Program-made: the position numbers and the translations under genes
Source: an uncultured Chloroflexia bacterium
GTDB lineage: Bacteria > Chloroflexota > Limnocylindria > QHBO01
NCBI GenBank assembly: GCA_963720505.1
Contig: CAVRFT010000003.1
Location: forward strand, 863,997-927,996
Direction: 5' to 3'
DNA length: 64,000 nucleotides
Shown here: piece after piece, positions 48,451 to 59,140 of the stretch
Numbering within the stretch: the stretch's first letter is position 1
Layout: every line of letters starts with the position of its first letter
The notes under the pieces: model-generated
What the model was told of the DNA's origin: nothing
Databases searched by the model: none
What the model saw: the letters and a program-made list of their open reading frames with translations, nothing else

Positions 48451-48700
48451 CGAGCCCCCGGTCGCGTTGACCGGGGGCTGTGGAATGGCGGCGGGCTAGC
48501 TGCCGGGCTGGCCGCCGTGCGGCCCCGTGCTCGACGTCCATCGGCGTGCCGCAGCTGCAGACGAACTTGCTGCGGCCGTAGCCCCGAGCCTCGTCGCCGG
48601 CGTGCTTGACCATGATCTCGCTGTTGCACGTCTTGCAGACGTGGTCGGTGCCGTCGTAGCGCGACTGATCAGTTCCGGATGTCACGTTCACCTGGGTCAT
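48362..48700 (-). CDS. Small zinc-ribbon-like protein. The 3' end is uncertain.
   Basis: [35 protein letters not shown]...FVCSCGTPM has a CxxC...CxC pattern. It has a low-complexity tail and overlaps the end of the kinase gene. Confidence 0.4.
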   Translation of the reverse strand: MTQVNVTSGTDQSRYDGTDHVCKTCNSEIMVKHAGDEARGYGRSKFVCSCGTPMDVEHGAARRPARQLARRHSTAPGQRDRGLVTSVRSRPGPAPPHRSSRRARPPWPVASR

Positions 48701-48805
48701 CGTTCTTCCCCTGTGCTGCGTGCTCTCAACGGAACATGCCCCGCACAACGCGTGCCGGGATTGACACGCGGGAGCGGCGAGGCGTACCGTCCGCGCCACA
48801 TCTGA

Positions 48806-49128
48806 AGACGGCGACGATCGGGACGAGTACCTGCATCAGGCGAGCCCACAGGGAGTCGGGAAGAGTGGAACCCCGGCGGTGGAGCCAGCAGCGAATGGAC
48901 CCGGGAGCTCCGGAGGCGAACGCGGACGCATCGGTCCAGCCAGTAGCAGCCGGCGGAGAGGCACCGATACCAAAGCCGAGGCCATCGCCCGCCGTGCGGA
49001 GCCGTGGTCGAACGAGCCCGGGAGAGAACACCGGGGAACAAAGGTGGCACCACGAGAAGACCCCCTCGTCCTTTGGGACGGAGGGGTCGTGTTGTTCTCT
49101 GGACCGATTCGGTCCAAGGAGGTCACCG
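48806..49128 (+). ncRNA. Candidate T-box-like (tRNA-Trp-specifying) leader with an intrinsic terminator, upstream of trpB2.
   Basis: GAAUGGA specifier-like element at 48893..48899. T-box-like GGUGGCACCACG at 49043..49054. 13-bp GC hairpin at 49059..49088 followed by GUGUUGUUCUCU. RBS AAGGAGG plus ATG at 49129. Confidence 0.4.
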
Positions 49129-50475
49129 ATGTCCCAGGCAACCACGCGCCGGTACCTGCTCCCGGAGGAAGAGCTGCCGACGCACTACTACAACATCGCG
49201 GCGGACCTGCCCGAGCCGCTGCCCCCACCGCTCCATCCGGCCACCAGAGAGCCAGTCGGCCCCGCCGACCTGGCGCCGCTCTTCCCGATGGAGCTGATCA
49301 AGCAGGAGGTCAGCGCCGAGCGCTTCATCCCCATCCCCGAGCCGGTGCGCGACGCGTACCGCATCTACCGGCCGTCGCCGCTGGTCCGGGCGCTGGGCCT
49401 GGAGCGGTCGCTCGATACGCCGGCGCGCATCTACTACAAGTACGAAGGCGGCTCGCCGGCAGGGTCGCACAAGCCGAACACGGCCATTGCGCAGGCCTTC
49501 TACAACCGCCAGGAGGGCGTCCGCCGCCTCGTCACCGAGACCGGCGCCGGGCAATGGGGGAGCGCCCTCGCCTTCGCTGGCGCGCTGTTCGGCCTGGAGA
49601 CCAAGGTCTTCATGGTCAAGGTCAGCTACGAGCAGAAGCCATACCGGCGCAGCTTCATCCAGACCATGGGTGCCAGCGTGACACCCTCACCCTCGGAGGA
49701 GACGAACGCCGGCCGCACCATCCTGGCCGAGGATCCGGATTCCACCGGTTCGCTGGGCATCGCCATCAGCGAGGCGCTGGAGGTGGCGGCCACCAACGAG
49801 GACACCAAGTACTCGCTGGGCAGCGTGCTGAACCACGTGCTGCTGCACCAGACGGTGATCGGGCAGGAGGTGGCCAAGCAGCTGGAGATGGCCGGGGAGA
49901 CGCCCGACGTGGTGATCGGCTGTGCCGGCGGCGGCTCGAACTTCGCCGGTATCGCCTTCCCGCTGCTGCGCGACCGGCTGAACGGCTCGTCGCGGACCCG
50001 ATTCCTGGCGGTCGAGCCGGCGTCCTGCCCCAGCCTGACCCAGGGCGAGTACCGCTACGACTTCGGCGACACGGCCGGCATGGCGCCGATGGTCAAGATG
50101 CACACCCTTGGGCACGACTTCCGGCCGGCCCCGATCCACGCCGGCGGGCTGCGCTACCACGGCATGGCGCCGCTGGTCAGCCACCTGTACGAGCTGGGCT
50201 TCCTCGAGGCGCGGGCCTACGCCCAGAACACGTGCTTCGATGCGGCCGTGCAGTTCGCGCGGACGGAGGGCTTCATCCCGGCGCCCGAGGCGTCGCACGC
50301 CATCCGGGCGGCGATGGACGAGGCCATTGCCGCGCGGCAGGACGGCGAGGCGCGGGTGATCGTCTTCAACCTGTCCGGCCACGGCTTCTTCGACATGGCG
50401 GCCTACGACCAGTTCCTGGCCGGTGAGCTGACCGATGTCGAGTTCGAGCCCCAGCGAGAGGCGGTGGCGGTCTAG
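49129..50475 (+). CDS. trpB2: TrpB-like PLP-dependent enzyme (tryptophan synthase beta chain, TrpB2 family).
   Basis: [10 protein letters not shown] (Lys-PLP), [27 protein letters not shown]. 448 aa. Confidence 0.85.
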   Translation: MSQATTRRYLLPEEELPTHYYNIAADLPEPLPPPLHPATREPVGPADLAPLFPMELIKQEVSAERFIPIPEPVRDAYRIYRPSPLVRALGLERSLDTPARIYYKYEGGSPAGSHKPNTAIAQAFYNRQEGVRRLVTETGAGQWGSALAFAGALFGLETKVFMVKVSYEQKPYRRSFIQTMGASVTPSPSEETNAGRTILAEDPDSTGSLGIAISEALEVAATNEDTKYSLGSVLNHVLLHQTVIGQEVAKQLEMAGETPDVVIGCAGGGSNFAGIAFPLLRDRLNGSSRTRFLAVEPASCPSLTQGEYRYDFGDTAGMAPMVKMHTLGHDFRPAPIHAGGLRYHGMAPLVSHLYELGFLEARAYAQNTCFDAAVQFARTEGFIPAPEASHAIRAAMDEAIAARQDGEARVIVFNLSGHGFFDMAAYDQFLAGELTDVEFEPQREAVAV

Positions 50476-50629
50476 CTTCCAGGGCCGGGGTGCTCGTCGT
50501 GAGCACTCCGGCCGCACCGCCGGCTACGGCATGACCGGACACCGACCATGTCATGGCGCTGACCGGCCCACGTATCTGGCTGGCGTACCATTTCCGCGGC
50601 ATTCGAACCAATGGAGACATCCGGGCACC

Positions 50630-50921
50630 ATGGCACGCGCAACCTGGAACGGCGCCCTGCTGGCGGAAGCGCCAGCCGAGGCGGTCGAGATCGTGGAGGG
50701 CAACGTCTACTTCCCGCCCGATGCGATCAGGGACGAGTTCTTCCAGGCCTCACGACACGCACACGATCTGCGGCTGGAAGGGGACGGCCAGCTACTACGA
50801 CGTGGTAGTGGACGGGGCAGTCAACCGCGACGCGGCCTGGTTCTACCCGACCACCAAGGACGAGGCGAAGCACGTCGAGGGCTACGTCGCCTTCTGGCAC
50901 GGCGTCGCGGTCGAGCAGTGA
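50630..50921 (+). CDS. DUF427 domain protein with an apparent +1 frameshift near 50750.
   Basis: N-terminus in frame 2 (WNGALLAEAPAEAVEIVEGNVYFPPDAIRDEFF). The conserved C(G)WKG.ASYYDV and the C-terminus are in frame 3. Confidence 0.65.
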
Positions 50922-50933
50922 CGACCGCCTGAG

Positions 50934-51631
50934 ATGCTGCAGGCGTTCGCACTCGGGGCGATAGCCCAGTCCTCGCTGCTGCTCAGCGGGATCGTGCCCT
51001 TCTTCCTGCGCATCCCCGACCGGATCGTGGCATCCTGGCCGGCTTCGGCGCGGGCGCGCTCATCGCGGCCGTCGCCTTCGACCTCGTCCCGGAAGCGATC
51101 AGCGCCGCGGAAGTCGCGCTCTGGTTCTTCGTCGGCGCCCTGATCTTCGTCGTCGCGGACCGCATCATCGAGGCTCGCTTCGGCGACGGAGGCGGTGATG
51201 ACGGAGGCGGCAGCCCTCTGGGCGTCGTGCTGGGATCGGTCGTGGACGGCGTGCCCGAGTCGCTGATCTTCGGCATCCAGATCGCGGCCGGCGTGCCGAT
51301 CAGCATCGCCTTCCTGGCGGCGGTCTTCCTGAGCAACATCCCGCAGGCGCTCGCCCCGTCATCCGACCTCATCCAATCAGGGTGGCGAGCTGGCCGCATC
51401 GTCGGAATGTGGGGGGCCGTGGTGCTCGCCTGCGGCGTTGCCTCTGCGCTCGGCTGGCTGTTGGCGAACGACGTCGACACGGTCACCGGCGCCAGGGTGG
51501 CAGCCATCGCCGCCGGCGGCGTGCTGGCCATGCTCACCGCATCCCTGGTGCCGTTCGCGTACCAAAAGGGCGGGGCCGGCGCGGCACTCGGGACGGTGGC
51601 GGGGTTCTGCGTCTCGATGTCGCAGACTTGA
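50934..51631 (+). CDS. ZIP-family metal cation transporter (ZupT-like) with an apparent -1 frameshift near 51035.
   Basis: Frame 3 N-terminus MLQAFALGAIAQSSLLLSGIVPFF. The rest is in frame 2: AGFGAGALIAAVAFDLVPEA, GGGDDGGG loop, VDGVPESLIFGIQ. Confidence 0.7.
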
Positions 51632-51635
51632 CGGC

Positions 51636-52514
51636 ATGAAATTCGGCCTGCAGATCAACAACTTCACCTGGCCTGGTGGCGCCGAGGCCATCGGCCCAAC
51701 CCTGGCGCGCATCACGCGAGCTGCCGACGACGCCGGCTTCGACTCGATCTGGGTCATGGATCACTTCTTCCAGATCCGAGGCGGGGGTCCGCCAGAGGCG
51801 CCGATGCTCGACGGTATGACGGCGCTTGGCTTCATGGCCGCTCACTCGGAGAAGGCCCGCATCGGCCTCATGGTCGGCGGCATCCATTACCGAGCCCCGG
51901 GTCTCTGGATCAAGGCGCACACCACGCTTGACGTCCTGACCGGCGGCCGTGCCTGGTTCGGCATCGGGGCGGCCTGGAACGAGGAGGAGTCGGTCGCGCT
52001 GGGTTTCCCCATGCCGCCGCTGCGCGAGCGCTTCGAGTGGCTGGAGGACACCCTGCAGATGGCGTATGGCATGTGGAGCGGCGGGTCGGGAAGCGGGGAG
52101 CGCTTCGAGGGCAGGCAGGTCACCGCCACCCGCCTGCTGAACTCGCCGCAGGCGATCAGCCGGCCGCGCGTGCCGATCATGATCGGTGGCGGCGGCGAGC
52201 AGAAGACACTGCGCCTGGTGGCCCAGTACGCCGACGCCTGCAACGTCTTCGGCGGACCGGAGCGCATCGCCCACAAGTACGCGGTGCTGCGCGAGCACTG
52301 TGAACGGCTGGGCCGCCCCTACGAGGAGATCGAGCGCTCCAACCTGCAGGGAGTCGACCTCGACAACGAATCGGCCGACGAGGTGGTGGACCGATTCGGC
52401 GCGCTTGCCGAGGCCGGCTGCCAGCACGTCATCTTCAGCGTTCGCGGCGTGTCCGACCCAAGCAAGCTGGAGCGCCTGGGCGCCGAGGTGTTCCCGCAGC
52501 TTCGCCAGGTCTGA
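51636..52514 (+). CDS. LLM-class F420-dependent oxidoreductase.
   Basis: MKFGLQINNF, IWVMDHFFQ, VPIMIGGGGEQKTL. Confidence 0.8.
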   Translation: MKFGLQINNFTWPGGAEAIGPTLARITRAADDAGFDSIWVMDHFFQIRGGGPPEAPMLDGMTALGFMAAHSEKARIGLMVGGIHYRAPGLWIKAHTTLDVLTGGRAWFGIGAAWNEEESVALGFPMPPLRERFEWLEDTLQMAYGMWSGGSGSGERFEGRQVTATRLLNSPQAISRPRVPIMIGGGGEQKTLRLVAQYADACNVFGGPERIAHKYAVLREHCERLGRPYEEIERSNLQGVDLDNESADEVVDRFGALAEAGCQHVIFSVRGVSDPSKLERLGAEVFPQLRQV

Positions 52515-52520
52515 CGATGG

Positions 52521-52904
52521 TCAGTCGTCCGGCATCGCGCGACGGTCTCCGACGGCGCCCTGCGCCTCCGGGAAGGCAAGCGTGCCTGCGGCCACCCACC
52601 ACTCCATCAGGTCGTACGCCAGGCGTCCGGCCTGGACCGATGGATCACCGTCACTCAGCCGCGCTGCCTCGTCGAGGTCGCAGGCGAAGACGGAGAGGCC
52701 GCGCATCGACTCGTCCGACTGCTCGCCCAGCGGCCCGTTGACGACCAGCACGCCCTGGCGCCGAAGCTCGCTGCGGTAGGCGAGGTGCCGTGCCTGGAGC
52801 GCGTCCAGCTCGGCGTCCGGCATCTCCGGCGCGTCCGGCGGACGCCGCAGGAGCACCAGCGTGTAGACGTCGAACGCGTCCGGGATGTTCGGGTCGCGTG
52901 GCAT
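52521..52904 (-). CDS. YciI-like small protein.
   Basis: 127 aa (VYTLVLLRRPPDAPE...). It lies inside a 306-aa GC-shadow ORF. Convergent with the LLM gene, with a 6-bp gap. Confidence 0.55.
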   Translation of the reverse strand: MPRDPNIPDAFDVYTLVLLRRPPDAPEMPDAELDALQARHLAYRSELRRQGVLVVNGPLGEQSDESMRGLSVFACDLDEAARLSDGDPSVQAGRLAYDLMEWWVAAGTLAFPEAQGAVGDRRAMPDD

Positions 52905-52924
52905 GGGTCCAGCGTACCTCCGGC

Positions 52925-54624
52925 TCAGGCGCCGATGAGCTCGGCCGCCACCTCGTCGATCGGCTGCACCGAGCGCTCGCCGGTCTCGCGGCGCGTGACC
53001 TCGGCGCCGCCTGCCGCCAGCGAGCGCGTGGAGAGCGTGACGATCATCGGCATGCCCAGCAGCTCGGCGTCGGTCAGCTTCACGCCGGGCGACTCGTCGC
53101 GGTCGTCGTACAGCACCTGCACGCCACCATCGGTCAGGCGCTGGTAGAGGCCGTCGGCCGCCTCGGCCACCGCCGGGTCCTTGCCGGTTCCCAGGGCCAC
53201 CAGGTGCGCCGCGTACGGAGCCACCGCCGCCGGCCAGGCAATGCCCTTCTCGTCGTGATGCGCCTCCACGATGCAGGCCATGGCTCGTCCGAGTCCGATC
53301 CCGTAGCTGCCCATGATCACGTGGTGACGGCTGCCGTCCTCGGCCAGGAAGGTGGCGCCCAGCTTCTCGGTGAAGTCGGTGCCGAGCTTGAAGATGTTGC
53401 CGACCTCGATGCCCTTGGCCAGGTGCACCGGCTCGCCGCACTCGGGGCAGGCGTCACCCTCGCGGGCGTTGACGATGTCGGCCACCAGGTCCGGGGTGAA
53501 GTCGCGCCCGACGTTGACGTTGCGCAGGTGGAAGCCGTGCCGGTTGGCCCCGGCCACCAGGTTGGGCGAGCGCGCCGCCAGCTCGTCGACCACGACCGTC
53601 GTGTCATGCGCCCCGATCGGCGAGGCATAGCCAGGCTCCATCCCGCCCGCCTTGATCTCCTCGGCAGTGGCGATCCGCAGGCCGCGGACCGCCTTCACCA
53701 CGTTGGCCAGCTTCGTCTCGCTGACCTCGAAGTCGCCACGCACGATGGCGGTGATCAGCCGCCCGTCCCCGGTCACGTAGAAGATGGCCTTGGCGGTGCG
53801 ATCGGTCCCCACGCCGAGCAGCTCGGCCAGGGACGCGATGGTGTCAGCCTCCGGCGTCGCCACCTCTTCGGTGGGTAGCAGCTCCTCCGCGGCGGGTTCG
53901 GGCACGACGACGCGCGGCGATCTGCTGGTTCGCCGCGTAGTTGCAGGCATCGCACAGGACCAGCGTGTCCTCGCCGTGCTCGTTGAGGACCATGAACTCG
54001 TGGGCCAGGGAGCCGCCCATGATCCCGACATCCGCCCCGACCGACGACGGTCGGCAGGCCCAGCCGCTCGAAGATGCGGGTGTAGGCCTCGTGATGGGCC
54101 TGGTAGGAGGCGTCCAGCCCGGCCTCATCGGCATCCAACGAGTACGAGTCCTTCATCACGAACTCGCGCACCCGGATCAGGCCGCCGCGCGCTCGCGGCT
54201 CGTCGCGGAACTTGGTCTGGAAGTGGTACACGATGGCCGGCAGCTGCCGGTAGCTCTTGACCAGCTCGCGCAGCAGGTCGGCGACGACCTCCTCGTGGGT
54301 CATGGCCAGCACCATGTCGCGACCGCCGCGATCCTTGAAGCGGACGAGCTCGGGACCGATCTTGGCGTAGCGGCCGGACTCCTTCCACAGCTCGGCGGGA
54401 TGCACCACCGGCATCTCCATCTCCTGCCCGCCGATGCGGTCGATCTCCTCGCGGATCACCTGCTCGATCCTCCGCTGCACGCGGAAGCCGAGCGGCAGCA
54501 TGGTGTAGATGCCGGCGCCCAGCTGTCGCACGTAGCCGGCACGCACCAGCAGCTTGTGGCTGACCATCTCGGCCTCGGCCGGATCGTCGCGCAGGCTGGC
54601 GAAGAAGAGGTGTGACAGCCGCAT
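52925..54624 (-). CDS. proS: Prolyl-tRNA synthetase with two apparent +1 frameshifts, near 54050 and 53900. It is an essential gene.
   Basis: Class II motifs split across three frames: the N-terminal catalytic core, the middle (VGADVGIMGGSLAHEFMVLNEHGEDTLVLCDACNYAANQQIA), and the C-terminal anticodon-binding half (SYGIGLGRAMACIVEAHHDEKGIAWP). Confidence 0.85.
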
Positions 54625-54655
54625 GGGGCGTGAAGGATAGCGGGATGCGTGGCCG

Positions 54656-55952
54656 CTAGCGGGCGGCAACCAGGCGGGCGCCGACCAGGTGCTCGGAGCT
54701 GCGCAGCCGGTTCAGCGGCAGCAGCGCGACGACGATCAGCACGCTGCTGGTGATGAACAGGCCGTCGATGCCCGCCGCGTCGCCGGCCGGCCCGCTGACC
54801 AGCGCCCCGAGGATCTGACCGAGGCCCAGGAAGACCGAGTAGAGGCCCATGATCGCGCCGCGGTCGGCGGGGTAGCTCTCGGTGATGTCGGCCAGAAGCC
54901 CGAGCGCGGCAGGCGTGGCGCCGGCCATGACGAAGAGGCCGACCGCCGCCACCACGATCAGCGCCAGCTGGACCGGCGGCGGCCAGCCTTCCGAATGGTT
55001 GAGCACCAGTCCGGCGGCCAGCATGGCCAAGCGCGCCCACCAGGCCGATGAGGATGATGCTCGTCCGCCGATAGCGCTTGAACCGATTGCCCCAGTACCA
55101 CAGGCCGGCCACGAACACCGACCCAACCGCCACGAAGGCGACGCTCACGCTGGTGGGGCTGATCCCCTGCATCAGCAGCTGGTTGCTGAACCCGGGTGGC
55201 GGCTCGCGAACAAGCTGGAAGACCGATTGGGTGGTCCACGAGCCCAGCACCGCGTTCAGTGCGATCCAGGTCGGCGCCAGCAGCCAGACCTGGGAGGAGC
55301 CCAGGATGCGGCGGTAGCGGCCCAGGTCCAGGCGCTGCGGTCGCAGCTCGCTGTCATCCGCCCCGTCGTCCGACTCCGGCGCGTGGTGGAGCTCGGCCAC
55401 GCCCCAGCGGTAGATGGCGAACGACAGGACGTAGATGCCGGCGTTCACGAAGAAGCCAACGCGGCCGATGGTCTCGAAGATCGGTCCGGCGGCCACGATC
55501 CCGAAGCCGATGCCCAGCAGCGTTGCGGCCTCGAAGCGCGACACGGCGCGGCCGCGGATCGACTGGTCGCCGGAGGTCGCCAGCGCGATGTAGCCCAGGA
55601 TCGACGGGATGGAGGCCGCCGCCGCCGCGCCCTCCAGCAGGCGTGTCCCGCCGATCAGCCACAGGTTGACGGTGATCGCCGTGATCATGACCGCCACCAC
55701 CCCGAAGACGGGGCCGATCTGCATGATGCGGTGCGCGCCATAGCGATCCGCCAGGTAGCCGAAGGGCGGGGAGAGGACCAGCTCGGCCAGGAAGTAGGCG
55801 GCGGTCAGGATGCCGACGGTGGTGCTGGCGACATGTACGCCGCCGTACTCGGGCAGGGTGGCGAGGTAGTAGACCAGCAGCCCGCCGGTCAGTCCCGTGC
55901 TGAAGCGCAGCGTGAAGGTGCCGAGCAGGACCGCCGAGATCGATCGGTTCAT
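54656..55952 (-). CDS. MFS transporter with an apparent +1 frameshift near 55040.
   Basis: N-terminal eight TMs in one frame. The C-terminal TMs (LALIVVAAVGLFVMAGATPAALGLLADITESYPADRGAIMGLYSVFLGLGQ) are in another frame. ATGA overlap with the upstream protease stop. Confidence 0.7.
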
Positions 55953-57965
55953 GAGGGGGGACCCGCCAGGCGCGCATGTCGCCGCTGGCGCTGACCGAAC
56001 AGCAGGCCCAGGAACAGCGCATCCAGCAGCAGGATGGTGCCGCCCGCGACCAGCACTCGAACGCGGCCGGCGTCGTTGGCGCCATCGCGGGCCGCGGCGG
56101 CGCGGGCGGCCGCCTGATCGGCCAGCGCCAGGTCGCCCGACTCGAACGCATCGCGGGCCTCGGTCAGCTCCGCCTCCGGATCGGTGCCCAAGAGGCCGAT
56201 CGCCTCCACCAGCGCGGGCTCGCCGTCCAGCTGAGCGGACGCCGTCGCGAGGGCGGCCAGCGCGTCACGGTTTCGGCATCAGCCTCCTCGGCGGCGGCCG
56301 GCAGGCCGCCATCTCCCTCGAACGCCGCGCGCAGGGTGTCCGGCGGCGTCAGCTCCAGGTCCGCCGCGGCATCCTCGATCCGGTAACGATCCGCCAGCAC
56401 GTCCTTCGCGTCGTCGAGCGACGCGCGCGCCTCGTCGAATTGCCACGCTCCCAGGTCGGCGCGGATGGACTCAGGCAGCTCCCAATCGTCGGCCGCGGCC
56501 ACGGTCTCGGCGTAGACGTGCCGGGCCGCCTGCCGCGCGGCCAGCTGCTGTTGCTGGTCGTCGCTGACGACCCAGTCCTGCCACAGGTCGGTGTACGACG
56601 TTCCGGTGCGCTCTTCCAGCAGGTCCAGCAGCTGCTGCCAGCCGGCCAGGTCGAACTCCACGCCACGGCGCCGCCGGCCCGCCGCCATGGATCGGCTGGT
56701 AGGACATCTCGGCTGCATCGGCCGCCTGCCAGACCTCGCGCAGGCCGGCCAGGTCGGCCCGCTCGGCAATGCGCTCCGCCAGCGAGTAGGTGGCGGCGTA
56801 GGCGAAGTCCTCGACCTGGAGCGACTCGACGCCGATGGCGCCCCAGTCGTTGAGCGGGATCCTGGCGTCCAGCAGCTCATCGGTCAGGTCGAACGTGGCT
56901 CCGCTGGCACCGATCCGTCGCCCGGCGGTCACGCCGTAGAACTCGGCCCAGGCCTCGCCGATCCATCGGTCCTCGAACAGGTCGCTGTTGAACCACAGAT
57001 GCGCGGCCTCATGGAGCGTCACGAAGGCATCGGCGTCGTAGCGCACCCGGATGACGCCGGTGACGCGGTTGTAGATGCCGGCGTATTCGCCCAATCGCGA
57101 GGTGGCGGCCTCTTCCACGCTCAGCCGCCCGCTGGCCGGGTAGTCGACACCGATCAGGGCCTGCAGCGCGGGCAGGCCGCGACGCAGCAACCCTGTCACC
57201 TCTTGTTCCCAGGCGGGGTCGTCGTCCCAGGCCCGTATCAGAAGCCGGGCCCGGGTGCCATGCACGTCCAGGTTCAGCTTGCGGTTGGCGAAGGCGCCGG
57301 GCCGGTCGGCCGTGACGTACGCGAAGAAGGCGAACGGGTCGCTCGGCTGGGCCGTGAGCACCACGCCACCATCCGAGAGCTCGCCCTGGGCCATCGTGCT
57401 GCCCTGGACGTCGGGCGTGTAGCCCGGCGGCAGCTCCACGCGCACGCTGCTCGCCCGGCTCGCCCTGCGTGCCGAAGGCCCAGACCGGGAAGGTGGCCAG
57501 GCTGGAACCGATGCGCAGGTCACGTGTCCCGGCGCCGCCGGGATCGACCAGGTCGAAGGAGACGGCGTACGGATAGCTCTGCTGGTAGAAGACCCCGCGC
57601 TCGAAGGTGACCTCGATGACGGTGAAGTCCTCGTCGGCGGACTGGACGCGGGCGTCGATGGGTCGACCGCCGGACGAGGCGGCGACGTTTGACGCGCCGG
57701 CGGGTGCGGCGAAGGTGATGCCGGAGTAGAAGACCCGGCCCTCCGGCGTGTCCGGCTCCAGCGAGGTAGCCACCGCGTCGACCGTGACATGGATGCGGTG
57801 ATCGGTCGGCAGCACCTGGTAGCGAGCCTGGGCCACCACCACCAGGCCGCCGTCCGCAGCCGCCACCGGCGCCGGTGGACCAATCAGGAGCGCGGTCAAG
57901 GCCGCGATGGCGGCGACCCCCGCCATCAGCCGGGGCCAGGCTGACCGTTGGGCGAGCGGACGCAT
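55949..57965 (-). CDS. Membrane-anchored gluzincin metallopeptidase with an M1-like HEXXH-x18-E motif. There are three apparent frameshifts, near 57500, 56690 and 56280.
   Basis: Signal/anchor MRPLAQRSAWPRLMAGVAAIAALTALLIG. HEAAHLWFNSDLFEDRWIGEAWAEFY zinc-binding block. C-terminal TM (VRVLVAGGTILLLDALFLGLLF). Four collinear ORF fragments. Confidence 0.6.
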
Positions 57966-58038
57966 GGGGCGCAGTATGCCGGACAGCAAAACGCCCGCTC
58001 CGTCGGGGAGCGGGCGTCGTGTTGGGTTGTCGGGTGGC

Positions 58039-58413
58039 TCAGGCGCTGGCGGCGTCACCGCCGGCCGACTCAGTGCTGGCGGGCGCCGTGAGGGAGTCCA
58101 GGCTGAACGCGGCCTCCAGCTGCTCGGCGGGGCGGAAGCCCACGGCAGCGCGGGGCGGCTGGCCCGGAGCGAAGAAGGCCACGGTCGGGATGCTCATGAT
58201 CCCGTAGTGCATGGCGGTGTGCGGATTGGCATCGACGTCAAGCTTGACGACCTCGACGCTGCCCGCGTACTTCTCGGCCAGCTTGTCGATCTCGGGCGCC
58301 ACGAGTCGACAGGGGCCGCACCAGGCGGCCCAGAAGTCGACGATGACCGGCTTCTCGCTGTTGATCACGAGGTCCTGGAAGTTGTCGTCGGTCGCTTCGC
58401 GGATGTTCGACAT
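58039..58413 (-). CDS. trxA: Thioredoxin.
   Basis: WCGPC active site. 124 aa. Confidence 0.9.
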   Translation of the reverse strand: MSNIREATDDNFQDLVINSEKPVIVDFWAAWCGPCRLVAPEIDKLAEKYAGSVEVVKLDVDANPHTAMHYGIMSIPTVAFFAPGQPPRAAVGFRPAEQLEAAFSLDSLTAPASTESAGGDAASA

Positions 58414-58446
58414 GGGTAGTTGGATGATCCTTTCTCTCGTCGGCCT

Positions 58447-58743
58447 TTAGCGGGCGACCTGTTGCAGAAGTCGATATACCTCGAGGACGTTCGGGTCCGC
58501 GAGCCGATAGAAGACGGTGCTGCCCTCGCGACGGGTGGCCACGATGCCGGCACTGCGCAGCACGGCGAGGTGCTGGCTCATGTTCGGCACCTGGCAGCCA
58601 ACGTCACGCGACAGGTCGCTGACCGAACGTTCGCCGTCGGCCAGCCGCTCGACCACGCACAGGCGCTTGGCATCGGCCAGGGCCTTGGCGATCGCCGCGC
58701 TCCGATCTCGGAGCACGTCGGATGAGGTGAGCGTCGCTTCCAT
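58447..58743 (-). CDS. ArsR/SmtB family transcriptional regulator.
   Basis: HTH SVSDLSRDVGCQVPNMSQHLAVLRSAGIV. Start at the internal Met (MEATLTSSD). Confidence 0.75.
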   Translation of the reverse strand: MEATLTSSDVLRDRSAAIAKALADAKRLCVVERLADGERSVSDLSRDVGCQVPNMSQHLAVLRSAGIVATRREGSTVFYRLADPNVLEVYRLLQQVAR

Positions 58744-58871
58744 CGGCCTTGATTCTCTCATTGATTGCGCAACTACGCAAGTATTTCGTGATGAACCGAT
58801 GTGGGCGGTGTGCCCCGTGCCTTCCGATTGCGACAGCCGAGATGTCACGCGCCACGCTCAGCATGCGGCGC

Positions 58872-59030
58872 ATGACGATTCAACTTTCCTGCCCCCTGTG
58901 CGAGGACGAGGTCACCTGCGAGGTCGACGAGTCGGCCGATGAGCTCGTCTGTGGCGGCTGTGCCGCGCGGGTCGCCTTCGCACCCGACCCGGCCATCACC
59001 TACGGCCTGCTGTACGAGCCGGCCGCCTGA
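58872..59030 (+). CDS. Small Cys-rich zinc-ribbon protein, divergent from ArsR.
   Basis: MTIQLSCPLCEDEVTCEVDESADELVCGGCAARVAF. The start is ambiguous: the ORF opens at 58749. Confidence 0.4.
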   Translation: MTIQLSCPLCEDEVTCEVDESADELVCGGCAARVAFAPDPAITYGLLYEPAA

Positions 59031-59140
59031 TCCGTCGCGATGGCCACGGCGCTCCCCGCGTGGGCCGTCGCACGTGACGAGGCCCGCCCCGGACTGAGTC
59101 TGGGGCGGGCCACTCGTCCTCCGCGAGCGATGCGGAAGCG

